Below are positions 46,009 to 55,026 of a stretch of 64,000 bases of DNA, piece by piece (within the stretch, counting starts at the first letter, position 1; each line of letters starts with the position of its first letter). A model generated the notes under the pieces. It did not search any database, was not told where the DNA came from, and was given only the letters and a program-made list of their open reading frames with translations. The stretch covers positions 4,560 through 68,559 of the forward strand of contig DATJOW010000144.1 of assembly GCA_035506715.1 (NCBI GenBank), in the 5' to 3' direction. The position numbers and the translations under genes were made by a program. Source of the stretch: Candidatus Acidiferrum sp. (lineage in GTDB: Bacteria > Verrucomicrobiota > Verrucomicrobiia > Limisphaerales > UBA11358).

Positions 46009-47297
46009 AATTGCGCCTTCGCCGCAATGTCCCGGCGGAAGTGCGCGCCGTCGAAGTGGATTTTCTCCACGGCGGCGTAAGCGGCAGCCTGCGCGGCTTT
46101 CAAATCCTTGCCGAGCGCGGTCACGCCGAGGACGCGCCCGCCGTTTGTCACGACCTGGCCATCCTTCAACGCCGTTCCGGCGTGGAATACTTTCGTTCCG
46201 GGCAGCGCGCCAGCTTGTGCCAGGCCGAGGATCGGCTCGCCCTTGGCATAATTGCCCGGATAACCGCCGCTTGCCATCACCACGCACACGCTCGCCATCG
46301 AACTCCACCGCAATTCCATTTTACCCAGCGTGCCGCTGACGCTGGCGTCGAGCAATTCCACCAGATCGTTTTCCAGCCGGGTCAGATAAACTTGCGTTTC
46401 CGGATCGCCAAAGCGCGCGTTGAACTCCAAAACCCTCGGACCGGCTTTCGTCAGCATGATGCCGGGATACAGAATGCCGCGGTAATCAATGCCCTCCGCC
46501 GCGCAGCCGCGCAGGAACGGTTCCAGAATCGTCCGGCCGGTGTCGGCCAGTTGCGCGTCGGTCAGGAACGGCGTCGGGGAATAGGTGCCCATGCCGCCGG
46601 TGTTTAACCCGCGGTCACCATCCAGCGCCCGCTTATGATCCTGCGACGTTGGGAACAGTTTCGCCGTTTTCCCGTCGCAAAGCGCGTGCAACGAGATTTC
46701 CATGCCCCCGAGGAATTCCTGCATGACAATTTTTGCGCCCGCCGCGCCGAAGGCGTGATTGACGAGGATTTCGTCAATTGCTTTGTGTGCCTCGGCCACA
46801 TTCGTACAAATCAAGACGCCCTTGCCCAGCGCCAGGCCGTCGGCCTTGACCGCGCATTTGCCGCCGAGGATCTCCGCGAATTTTTTGGCCGCCGCCGGCT
46901 CGGCAAAGGTGCCGGATTTGGCAGTGGGAATGCCGTACTTTTCCATGAAATGCTGGGATAAAACCTTCGACGACTCAAATTGTGCGGCCCGTTGATTCGG
47001 TCCCCAGATGCGCAGGCCATGCCTCTGGAACAAATCCACGATGCCCAGCGCCAGCGGATTGTCCGGCCCGACGACGGTGAGGTCGGCTTTCTTCTCCTGC
47101 GCGAACGCGAGCAGCTTCGGCAAATCCTCCGCGCCGAGGTTGACGCATTCAACCGGCGCCTGGTTTTTCTCAAGCCGTTCTTGGGCGATGCCCGCGTTGC
47201 CGGGCGCGCACCACAGTTGCGTGACGTGCGACGATTGCGCCAGTTTCCAGACCAGCGCGTGTTCGCGGCCGCCTGAACCGATGACGAGAATTTTCAT
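46005..47297 (-). CDS. purD: Phosphoribosylamine--glycine ligase
   Basis: ATG 47297 gives MKILVIGSGGREHALVWKLAQS. The ATP-grasp body is present (AKADGLALGKGV, EFLGGMEIS, TNGGRVLGVTA). Confidence 0.95.
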   Translation of the reverse strand: MKILVIGSGGREHALVWKLAQSSHVTQLWCAPGNAGIAQERLEKNQAPVECVNLGAEDLPKLLAFAQEKKADLTVVGPDNPLALGIVDLFQRHGLRIWGPNQRAAQFESSKVLSQHFMEKYGIPTAKSGTFAEPAAAKKFAEILGGKCAVKADGLALGKGVLICTNVAEAHKAIDEILVNHAFGAAGAKIVMQEFLGGMEISLHALCDGKTAKLFPTSQDHKRALDGDRGLNTGGMGTYSPTPFLTDAQLADTGRTILEPFLRGCAAEGIDYRGILYPGIMLTKAGPRVLEFNARFGDPETQVYLTRLENDLVELLDASVSGTLGKMELRWSSMASVCVVMASGGYPGNYAKGEPILGLAQAGALPGTKVFHAGTALKDGQVVTNGGRVLGVTALGKDLKAAQAAAYAAVEKIHFDGAHFRRDIAAKAQF

Positions 47298-47363
47298 GGA
47301 AAACGTCCCCCGCAGCATACGACGCGCGCGCAAATTTTGGAAGAACAGGTTGGAACCGGGCGT

Positions 47364-47394
47364 AAGAAAAGCCGGGAGCAAAGATGCTCCCGGG
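47364..47394 (-). terminator. Rho-independent terminator after the PL11-PATR gene
   Basis: On the minus strand, CCGGGAGCA-tctt-TGCTCCCGG (9-bp perfect stem) is followed by CTTTTCTTA. Confidence 0.7.
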
Positions 47395-47426
47395 ACCCGC
47401 AGCCAAGGATGGCCGCGCAACGGCAA

Positions 47427-50400
47427 TTACGGCGTCTGCAGCCGGTAGAACTGGGTGGGTGCGTTGGTGTAAACCAGGTTGGTCACGATGAACCCGCCGT
47501 TGGTGTCGAACTGGTTGGTGACGAGGTACTGCCACTGCGCCAGCGGTGTGGCGAGGTTGGTCGCGCTTAGAATGTAATAAAGTCCGCTGGCCGTCCCGCC
47601 CGAGCCCGTCAAAATCAGGTTGCCGTTGGACGGAATGACGGTGTCGAAGCGGGGCGGGGTGGTCGATGATGCCCGAACCACCAGTTTGAGCTGGCCGATG
47701 GTGTTGGTGTTGAGGGTGCCGGTGTAACCCGACGGCATACTGCCCATGGCTGGCAAAATTCCGCTCAGCGCCCCGCCGCAGGTGATCAGCGTGTACGTGT
47801 TGGTGCCAAACCCGGCCAGGGCGGCCACATTCAAGGTGCCGCCCAGCGCCAGCGCGCCGGACACGGCGACCTGGTCGCTGGCATTGGTGGCGCCCAGCTC
47901 GAAGTTCAGCAGCGCGCCCGCATTCAGTGTCAGGTTGTTGTTGATGGTCAACACTCCGACCCCGGAGCCCGGCTCCAGGGTGCCGCCGTTGTTCACGGTG
48001 ACCGCGCCGCCGACGCCGCCGGCGCCGCCCAGGGCTCCGTTGTTATTGACGGTCAAGGCGCCGGTGGCTCCAGCCTGGTTCCCGTTCACAATCAAAGCGC
48101 CGCCGTTGATCGTGGTGGTGCCGGAGTAAGTGTTGGCGCCGGTTAGCGTCCAATCACCGTAACCTTCCTTGATGAGCGACGTGGTGCCCTGGATGAGCGC
48201 GGTGTTGGTGGCATCGGTTCCCAATCCGCCGACGCGCCAGGTCACGGCAGATTGTGTCCCGGCGCTGGAGCCGCCGCCGGCGCTGATGGTGATGCCGTTG
48301 CCGGACGCAGCGAATTCACCGATCGGGATGGTGGCGCCGGCCGTCGCCCGCGAATACATCAAAATATTGCTGCCGAGGTATAACTGGGCCTTCGGAAACC
48401 CGAGCGGATTAACCACCCGGAAGTCGTTGGTCACGGTGCCGTTGCTGAGGACATTGATCTTGCCGCTGAAATTGGTCCAGTTGCCGGAGATATCACCACG
48501 GACGTAAGTCACCACCAGATTTAACGTGCCGCTGCCGGAGAGGGTGCCGGCCAACCCGGGAGAGAGAAAGCGCTGCGGGACGCGGATCGTGCCGGTCTGG
48601 TCGGTGGGAACGAGCAGTGCGTTGGTGTTGCCTAAACAATCCGGCGAGCTGCTGCCGGTGAAACCGTTGAATTCCAGGGTGCCGCCGGCAAAGGTGATCG
48701 GTCCGTTGCCGAGCCCGACCAGGTTCACCCCGGCGCTGTTCAGGATGATTGTGCCGTTGCTTAAAATGGTTCCGCCGGTGTACGTGTTGGTCGTCCCGAC
48801 GGTAAGTGAGCCGGCGCCGGATTTGGCAAGCACCAGATTGCCGCCCAGGCCACCCGCACCGGCGAAGGTGTAGTTCCTTGTTCCCGTGACCATGACGGAA
48901 CCGGGCAGCAGGTTGGTGGAGAGATTGATGCTGGGACTGTTCGAGCCGGTGTTGTCAAATGTGACAAAGGCCGTGTCCACGTACAGCGCCGGCGTGGCCC
49001 CGTTCAACCAATTGGTCGAAACACCCACGTCCCAGATATTCAACGAACCGTCGCCGCGCCAGGTCAACGAAGGCGGCGTCGCGTAAGTCGTGGCATCGGC
49101 GGGGTTGGAGTAGCCGGAGGCGCCGGCCAGGTTGGTGCCCCGCACCCGGTAATAGTAGGTGGTTGCCGGCAGGAGGCCGATGTCGGCATAGTTGGTGACG
49201 CCGGCAGCCAACGACGCGATCTGCACAAAGGTCACGGCGTTGATGGAGCGCTCGACGAGAAACCGGTTCTCGTCGGTCGAATTATCCCGCCACGCGAGAT
49301 TGATCTGGGCCGCGCTGACGGCGTTGGCCGTCAGATTACCCGGCGCCGCCGGTGGTGCAGCCGGCACCACCGCAAGCAGGGCAATCATGCCCGGTGGGTT
49401 GGTGAGGGTGACGAACTGGAGAAAACTGCCGCTTAAGGTCAGGTTGCTCAGCCCTCCTGCAAGCGTGCCAGTGTATTGGAACAACGGGTAAAGGCCGGTG
49501 CCCAACGAGCCGTCGGGTTGGTTGATCGCGATGATATTTGTCCCTGACAGGCTCAAGTTCCCCACGATCGTGACGCAATCATTGGATTTGGTGGTGCCGG
49601 CCGGGTCGCTGGAAAGATCGAATTGATTCACGACGGCATCCAGTTCAGTCAGGGTGTTCGTCACAATCAACGTGCCGATGGCATTGGTGCCCGGACCCAC
49701 GACCAGGCCGGTGCCGCGCTGCAGCGTCAGGCCCTGTCCCAGCCGTCCCGTGCCGCCGATTTGGGCCGGACCTTCGACCGCTTCCCGGTTCTCGACGGTG
49801 ACCGGGCTGCCGGCCAGGATGCCATTGACGGTCAGCGTGCCGCCGCTGACGAACGTGCCTCCGGAATAGCTGTTGGTGTTGTTGAGGATCAACCGGCCCG
49901 GGCCAATCTTGGAGAGCGTCATGGCGCCGGTCAGCGATCCGCTGCCGGAGAAGGTGTAGTTGGCGGGCGAAAAAACGGTGACCTTGGCCGGAGCCAGCGC
50001 GGCGGCGAGGTTCACCGTGGGATTGTTCGATCCGCGCAAGTCAAACAGCACCGAGTTGCCTTGGGCAAAGGTGGTCGGGGTGTTGTTGGTCCAGATCCCG
50101 TTCACGAACCAGTTGCTGGTGCTGATGTCCCAGGTGTTCCCGTTGCTGCCCCCGCGCCAGGCGAGGTTCGCGTCGGAGACGGGCGGGCGTGGCGGCGGCG
50201 CCATGCCTGGACCGAGGTAAAACCCGGGGTGCGGCGGCTGGTTGTACGCCACGTTCTGCCAGGCGATGGCCAGGCGGTATTGCGGGTCGTGCATGAGGGT
50301 GTAGAACCGGTTGGTCGCCATGACCGTCGAAACGTAAATGCGCAAGGCACTGCTGTCGGCTGTCCGCCAGATGGCTTCTTCGCGCCAGTCGCCCAGGATG

Positions 50401-52067
50401 TCCGCCGTCAGACAAGGGGTGGCCTTGGTGGAATTATTCGCATAGCAGCCGGAAGCCGAAAGCAAGGTCGCCGTGCCGCTGCCGGTCCACTTGTCAATGT
50501 GGGGTGCCCCGGTCGAGCCGCCGTCGTTGTTGCTGCCGTCGAGCAGCTCGCGGGCGACGTCGGCGTCCCACCAGATGGCGAAATTGACGGAGCCTTTGCT
50601 GGAGGACACCTTCGCGCCAGTCGTGTCGTAAGTGCCGTCGGTGGCGGAAGACCACAGCCAATAACCGGTGCGCGTCGTGTCAATGGGCGAAGCCAGGCCC
50701 CGGCCGGTGTCACCCGTGCCGGGGTAACCCCATAAGAGTGCGCCGGTGCGGGCGTCGCGGTATTCACCGCCGCCCACGCTGGAGGGGTTTTCATGTACGT
50801 CCCAAACCTCCAGGCCCGGCCGGTTCGGATCCAGGTCGGACAAATGCATGGCATCGCCGTGGCCCCACCCGGTGGTATAAAGTCCCTGGCCGTTGTCATC
50901 AATCGCGCAGGCGCCGTACACGATCTCGTCCTTGCCGTCACCGTCCACATCGCCGACGCTCAGGTTGTGGTTGCCCTGGCCTTCGTAGCCGCTGTAGCCG
51001 TTGGTGGTGTCGAAGACCCAGCGTTGGGTGAGCTGGCCTTGGCGCCAGTCCCAGGCCGCCAGCACCGCCCGGGTGTAATAGCCGCGGCACATCACCAGGC
51101 TGGGGCGCACGCCGTCGAGATACGCCACACAGGCGAGGAAGCGGTCCACGCGATTGCCATAGCTGTCGCCCCAACTGCTGACGTTGCCGCGCGGCGGCCA
51201 GTAGTTGGTGGTGACCAGGGCGGCGCCGGTCTGGCCATTGAAGAGGGTGAGGTATTCCGGCCCGGACAGAATGTAACCGCTGGTGTTCCGGTAATCGGCG
51301 TTGGGGTCGTCGCCGGGCATGATGACGTTATTGCCCTGGCCGTCCACGGTTCCGGGCGCAGTCTTGCAGGCGACCTCGGCCTTGCCGTCGCCGTCGAGGT
51401 CATAAACCATGAACTGGGTGTAATGCGCCCCAGCCCGGATGTTTTTGCCCAGGTCAATCCGCCAGAGCCGGGTGCCGTCCAATTTGTACGCGTCGAGATA
51501 AACATCGCCGGTGTAGCCACTCTGCGAATTATCCTTGGAATTCGAAGGGTCCCATTTCACCACCAACTCGTACTCGCCGTCGTCGTCCAGGTCACCCACG
51601 CTGCAATCGTTGGCCCGGTAGGTGTAATTGACCCCGTCCGGCGTGGTGCCGCCGGCGGGGATTTGGAGCGGAACGGAAAGATACGCCTGCACCGGCGCAT
51701 TGGCCGCCAGGCCGAAGGCGCCGCTGGGCGCCCCTTCGATGCCATTGGTGACCGGCCGGACGTACCAGGCATTCGATTGGGTCAGCGTTGCGCCCGTGTC
51801 CACGTAATTGCAGGAATTGGTCAGGAGTGAACTGTTGACCTTGACGGCCGCACCGCCGTTGGGGACGCGGTAAAGATCGAACCCGAGTTCATCAGGATCG
51901 GAGCCCAGCATCCGCCAGCTCACGTAAACGGAAGAGCTGTTGGTGCGGAGGGCGACGACGCCCCGGCCCAGGGTTTCCATCTGGCGTTGGGCAAAGGCCC
52001 CGCTGCCGGTCAGCAGTAAAGCCAGACCCAGCGACAATCCCTGCCGCAGCGAATGACGTTTGTTCAT
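47427..52067 (-). CDS. Rhamnogalacturonan lyase PL11-like domain fused to PATR repeats, FN3 and a C-terminal ...FYRLQTP domain
   Basis: 1546 aa with a signal peptide. The N-terminal ~600 aa resemble YesW-type PL11: QMETLGRGVVALR, YVSWRMLGSD, DCSVGDLDDDGEYELVVKWDPSNSKDNSQSGYTG, VYDLDGDGKAEVACKTAPGT, GDVDGDGKDEIV. PATR repeats follow (GTLTVNG..., NTYSGTTTINGGALIV) and an FN3 module (LAWRDNSTDE...TTYYYRVRGTN). Confidence 0.8.
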   Translation of the reverse strand: MNKRHSLRQGLSLGLALLLTGSGAFAQRQMETLGRGVVALRTNSSSVYVSWRMLGSDPDELGFDLYRVPNGGAAVKVNSSLLTNSCNYVDTGATLTQSNAWYVRPVTNGIEGAPSGAFGLAANAPVQAYLSVPLQIPAGGTTPDGVNYTYRANDCSVGDLDDDGEYELVVKWDPSNSKDNSQSGYTGDVYLDAYKLDGTRLWRIDLGKNIRAGAHYTQFMVYDLDGDGKAEVACKTAPGTVDGQGNNVIMPGDDPNADYRNTSGYILSGPEYLTLFNGQTGAALVTTNYWPPRGNVSSWGDSYGNRVDRFLACVAYLDGVRPSLVMCRGYYTRAVLAAWDWRQGQLTQRWVFDTTNGYSGYEGQGNHNLSVGDVDGDGKDEIVYGACAIDDNGQGLYTTGWGHGDAMHLSDLDPNRPGLEVWDVHENPSSVGGGEYRDARTGALLWGYPGTGDTGRGLASPIDTTRTGYWLWSSATDGTYDTTGAKVSSSKGSVNFAIWWDADVARELLDGSNNDGGSTGAPHIDKWTGSGTATLLSASGCYANNSTKATPCLTADILGDWREEAIWRTADSSALRIYVSTVMATNRFYTLMHDPQYRLAIAWQNVAYNQPPHPGFYLGPGMAPPPRPPVSDANLAWRGGSNGNTWDISTSNWFVNGIWTNNTPTTFAQGNSVLFDLRGSNNPTVNLAAALAPAKVTVFSPANYTFSGSGSLTGAMTLSKIGPGRLILNNTNSYSGGTFVSGGTLTVNGILAGSPVTVENREAVEGPAQIGGTGRLGQGLTLQRGTGLVVGPGTNAIGTLIVTNTLTELDAVVNQFDLSSDPAGTTKSNDCVTIVGNLSLSGTNIIAINQPDGSLGTGLYPLFQYTGTLAGGLSNLTLSGSFLQFVTLTNPPGMIALLAVVPAAPPAAPGNLTANAVSAAQINLAWRDNSTDENRFLVERSINAVTFVQIASLAAGVTNYADIGLLPATTYYYRVRGTNLAGASGYSNPADATTYATPPSLTWRGDGSLNIWDVGVSTNWLNGATPALYVDTAFVTFDNTGSNSPSINLSTNLLPGSVMVTGTRNYTFAGAGGLGGNLVLAKSGAGSLTVGTTNTYTGGTILSNGTIILNSAGVNLVGLGNGPITFAGGTLEFNGFTGSSSPDCLGNTNALLVPTDQTGTIRVPQRFLSPGLAGTLSGSGTLNLVVTYVRGDISGNWTNFSGKINVLSNGTVTNDFRVVNPLGFPKAQLYLGSNILMYSRATAGATIPIGEFAASGNGITISAGGGSSAGTQSAVTWRVGGLGTDATNTALIQGTTSLIKEGYGDWTLTGANTYSGTTTINGGALIVNGNQAGATGALTVNNNGALGGAGGVGGAVTVNNGGTLEPGSGVGVLTINNNLTLNAGALLNFELGATNASDQVAVSGALALGGTLNVAALAGFGTNTYTLITCGGALSGILPAMGSMPSGYTGTLNTNTIGQLKLVVRASSTTPPRFDTVIPSNGNLILTGSGGTASGLYYILSATNLATPLAQWQYLVTNQFDTNGGFIVTNLVYTNAPTQFYRLQTP

Positions 52068-52328
52068 AAATCAACCCTGACAAATTAACGCAGGGCGACA
52101 TTTTGGGATAGTCACCAGAACTATGGATGCGCCGGGACCGCAACGGATTTTGATTTGCTCTCGATTGCTTGCGAGCCGCGTGCCAATATTTGCCGTGTTC
52201 AGACCGCTGATCGTGGTTGGGCAACGTGACACCGGGCGGTCGCGGGGTTCAGAGCCCCGGTTCAGGCGGTGAGAAGAGGCAAGCGCCGGTTGACCTCGGC
52301 CCGATAAACCGGTATCAAGAGTTCTGTT

Positions 52329-53693
52329 ATGGACGTTTTAATGCTATCGCGCATCCAATTTGGGGCGACCGTGGCGTTCCATTATCTGTATCCGCCGTTG
52401 AGCATCGGACTTGGAGTGATGCTCGTCTGCATGGAAGGGCTCTGGCTCAAAACCGGCAAGCCGATCTACCATCAGATGGCGCGGTTTTGGACCAAGGTGT
52501 TTGCCCTGACTTTTGCCATCGGCGTGGCCACAGGCATCGTGATGGAATTCGAGTTCGGCACCAACTGGGCGACGTATTCGCGCTACGTGGGCGACGTGTT
52601 TGGCAGCGCGCTGGCGGCCGAAGGCATATTCGCGTTCTTCCTCGAATCCGGATTTCTGGCGGTGCTGCTGTTCGGCTGGGACAAGGTCGGCCGGAAGCTC
52701 CATTTTTTCTCGACCTGCATGGTCTGCCTGGGCGCGCATTTCAGCGCCATCTGGATTGTCGTGGCCAATTCCTGGATGCAGACGCCCGCCGGCTACCACA
52801 TTGTCGGCGAAGGTCTGAAAGCGCGGGCCGAGGTCAGCAATTTCTGGCAGGTCGTGTTCAATCCGTCCATGGTGGACCGGTTGTTCCACACCCTGTGCGG
52901 GGCGTGGCAGGCGGGCGCATTTCTCGTCGTGAGCGTCAGCGCCTGGTATCTACTGAAAAAGCGGCACCAGGATTTTGCCCGCGCGTCGCTGCGGGTGGGG
53001 TTGATCGTGGCCCTGGTGGGTTCGTTCCTGCAACTGGTCAGCGGGGACGTCAGTGCGCGCGGGGTCGCCCAGAATCAGCCGGCCAAGCTGGCCGCCTTCG
53101 AGGGACTTTACCATTCAACCTCCAATGCGCCGCTGACCATCATCGGTTACGTGGACGAGAAGAATCAAAAAGTGGTCGGGCTGAAATGGCCGGGACTGCT
53201 AAGTTATCTGGTCAGTTTTAACACCCAAACGACGGTGATGGGGCTCGACGCCTTTGCGCTGGAAGACCGGCCGCCGGTGCCGGCGTGTTTCATGTTCTTC
53301 CACGGCATGGTCGGCATCGGCTTCGCCACTTTCGCCATCGCCGTGGCGGGCTGTTTTTATCTCAGGCGCGGCACGCTCGGGGAAAAACGCTGGTTGCTCT
53401 GGATATTGATTTTCTCCGTGCTCGGCCCGCAAATGGCCAATCAGCTGGGCTGGTTCGCCGCCGAGGTCGGCCGGCAGCCGTGGATTGTCTGGCACGAATT
53501 GCGCACGTCCGCGGCGCTGTCGGCGGTCGTCCAGGCCAACGTGGTGCTGGCGTCGCTGATCCTGTTCACGTTCATTTATTTCCTGCTGTTCGCCGTGTTC
53601 ATCTACCTGCTCAACGACAAAATCCAGCACGGGCCGGATGAACAGGATTTGACACCGTCCGGCAAGCTGGCGCTGCCGATAAAAAATGACTAA
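52329..53693 (+). CDS. cydA: Cytochrome bd ubiquinol oxidase subunit I
   Basis: Motifs: [53 protein letters not shown]. Confidence 0.95.
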   Translation: MDVLMLSRIQFGATVAFHYLYPPLSIGLGVMLVCMEGLWLKTGKPIYHQMARFWTKVFALTFAIGVATGIVMEFEFGTNWATYSRYVGDVFGSALAAEGIFAFFLESGFLAVLLFGWDKVGRKLHFFSTCMVCLGAHFSAIWIVVANSWMQTPAGYHIVGEGLKARAEVSNFWQVVFNPSMVDRLFHTLCGAWQAGAFLVVSVSAWYLLKKRHQDFARASLRVGLIVALVGSFLQLVSGDVSARGVAQNQPAKLAAFEGLYHSTSNAPLTIIGYVDEKNQKVVGLKWPGLLSYLVSFNTQTTVMGLDAFALEDRPPVPACFMFFHGMVGIGFATFAIAVAGCFYLRRGTLGEKRWLLWILIFSVLGPQMANQLGWFAAEVGRQPWIVWHELRTSAALSAVVQANVVLASLILFTFIYFLLFAVFIYLLNDKIQHGPDEQDLTPSGKLALPIKND

Positions 53694-53834
53694 TCACTAA
53701 ATCCGAATGACTAACGAATACGCAGATGTTTCGATGACAAATAATCCCGACTTGGTCATTCGGCCATTCGTCAGTATTTCGTCATTAGGGCTTAGGAATT
53801 CGTCATTTGCCACCCGAGAAAGCCATTTCACGCT

Positions 53835-54857
53835 ATGAACTTAGATTTGAACACCATCTGGTTCATCCTCGTCGGCGCCTTGTTCACGGGGTACGCCCTG
53901 CTCGATGGCTTCGACCTGGGCATCGGCGCGCTGCACCTGTTCACCAAGGACGACAACGAGCGGCGCGTGATGCTCAATTCCATCGGACCGGTCTGGGACG
54001 GCAACGAAGTCTGGCTGGTCACCGGCGGCGGCGCGCTCTTCGCCGCGTTTCCGAACGTGTATGCGACCGTGTTCTCCGGCTTTTACCTCGCGTTGATGCT
54101 GTTGCTGGCGGCGCTGATTTTCCGCGCGGTGGCCATCGAGTTTCGCAGCAAACAGCCGATGCGCTGGTGGCGGCAGATGTGGGACATCGGTTTTTCGGCC
54201 GGCAGCGTGTTGTCCGGCCTGCTGCTGGGGGTGGCGCTGGGCAACATCGCCTGGGGTATCCCGATCGACGAGCGCGGCGAATTCGCCGGGACCTTCCTCG
54301 GCCTGCTGAAGCCGTATCCGCTGCTGGTCGGCGTCACCACCGTGGCGCTGTTCATGATGCACGGCGCGATTTACGGCACCATGAAGACCGAAGGTGCGCT
54401 CCACGACAAGCTGCGCGCCTGGGCCAGGCGCTGCATCATCTTTTTCGTGATCTGCGCGGTGACGCTGACCATGGCCACGCTGCTTTACGTGCCGCATCTG
54501 TCCGCACGCGTGCGGGAATACCCTGAGCTCTTCAGCATCGCGCTGCTGAACATGCTGGCCATCGCCAACATCCCGCGCGAATTCCACCACGGCCGCGACT
54601 GGCGCGCGTTTTTGTCGTCGTGCGCGGCCATTGCCTCGCTGATGGCGCTGTTCGCCGTGGACATTTTCCCGAACCTGGTTTACAGCCTGCCGAATCCGGA
54701 CAACAGCCTGACGGTTTACAATGCCGCCTCATCGCCGAAGACGCTGGGTATCATGCTGATCATCGCCTGCATCGGCGTGCCGGTGGTGATCGCCTACACC
54801 TTCAGCATTTACTGGATCTTCCGTGGCAAGGTGAAGCTGGACCGGATGAGCTACTGA
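53835..54857 (+). CDS. cydB: Cytochrome bd ubiquinol oxidase subunit II
   Basis: Motifs: IWFILVGALFTGYALLDGFDLGIG, GPVWDGNEVWLV, and a polytopic membrane profile. Confidence 0.95.
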   Translation: MNLDLNTIWFILVGALFTGYALLDGFDLGIGALHLFTKDDNERRVMLNSIGPVWDGNEVWLVTGGGALFAAFPNVYATVFSGFYLALMLLLAALIFRAVAIEFRSKQPMRWWRQMWDIGFSAGSVLSGLLLGVALGNIAWGIPIDERGEFAGTFLGLLKPYPLLVGVTTVALFMMHGAIYGTMKTEGALHDKLRAWARRCIIFFVICAVTLTMATLLYVPHLSARVREYPELFSIALLNMLAIANIPREFHHGRDWRAFLSSCAAIASLMALFAVDIFPNLVYSLPNPDNSLTVYNAASSPKTLGIMLIIACIGVPVVIAYTFSIYWIFRGKVKLDRMSY

Positions 54858-54885
54858 ACCGCAGATCATGCGGATGGCTGCGAAT

Positions 54886-55026
54886 TAAAAGCGCCCAAAA
54901 CCCCAACATCCAAGCACCAGAGAAACTCCAAGCATCAAGCTCCAATCCCAAAACGGACGTTGCGATGTTTGATGTTTGGACGTTGGAATTTCTCTGGAGC
55001 TTGGCGCTTGGAATTTGGGTATTTCC
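54886..55026. repeat. Imperfect long hairpin built from CCAA-rich ~7-nt-period units, between convergent cydB and purM
   Basis: Left arm ...CCAACATCCAAGCACCAGAGAAACTCCAAGCATCAAGCTCCAAT. The reverse complement of the right arm is ...CCAAGCTCCAGAGAAATTCCAACGTCCAAACATCAAAC. It is likely a bidirectional terminator or REP-like element. Confidence 0.6.

Noticed and set aside
53707-53838. The 43-codon ORF in the cydA-cydB spacer, considered as a CydX/CydS-like small oxidase subunit.
   Set aside because: The peptide is hydrophilic with no TM helix, unlike known small bd-oxidase subunits, and it is made largely of the repeat units. I kept it only as a hypothesis inside the spacer finding and did not list it as a feature.
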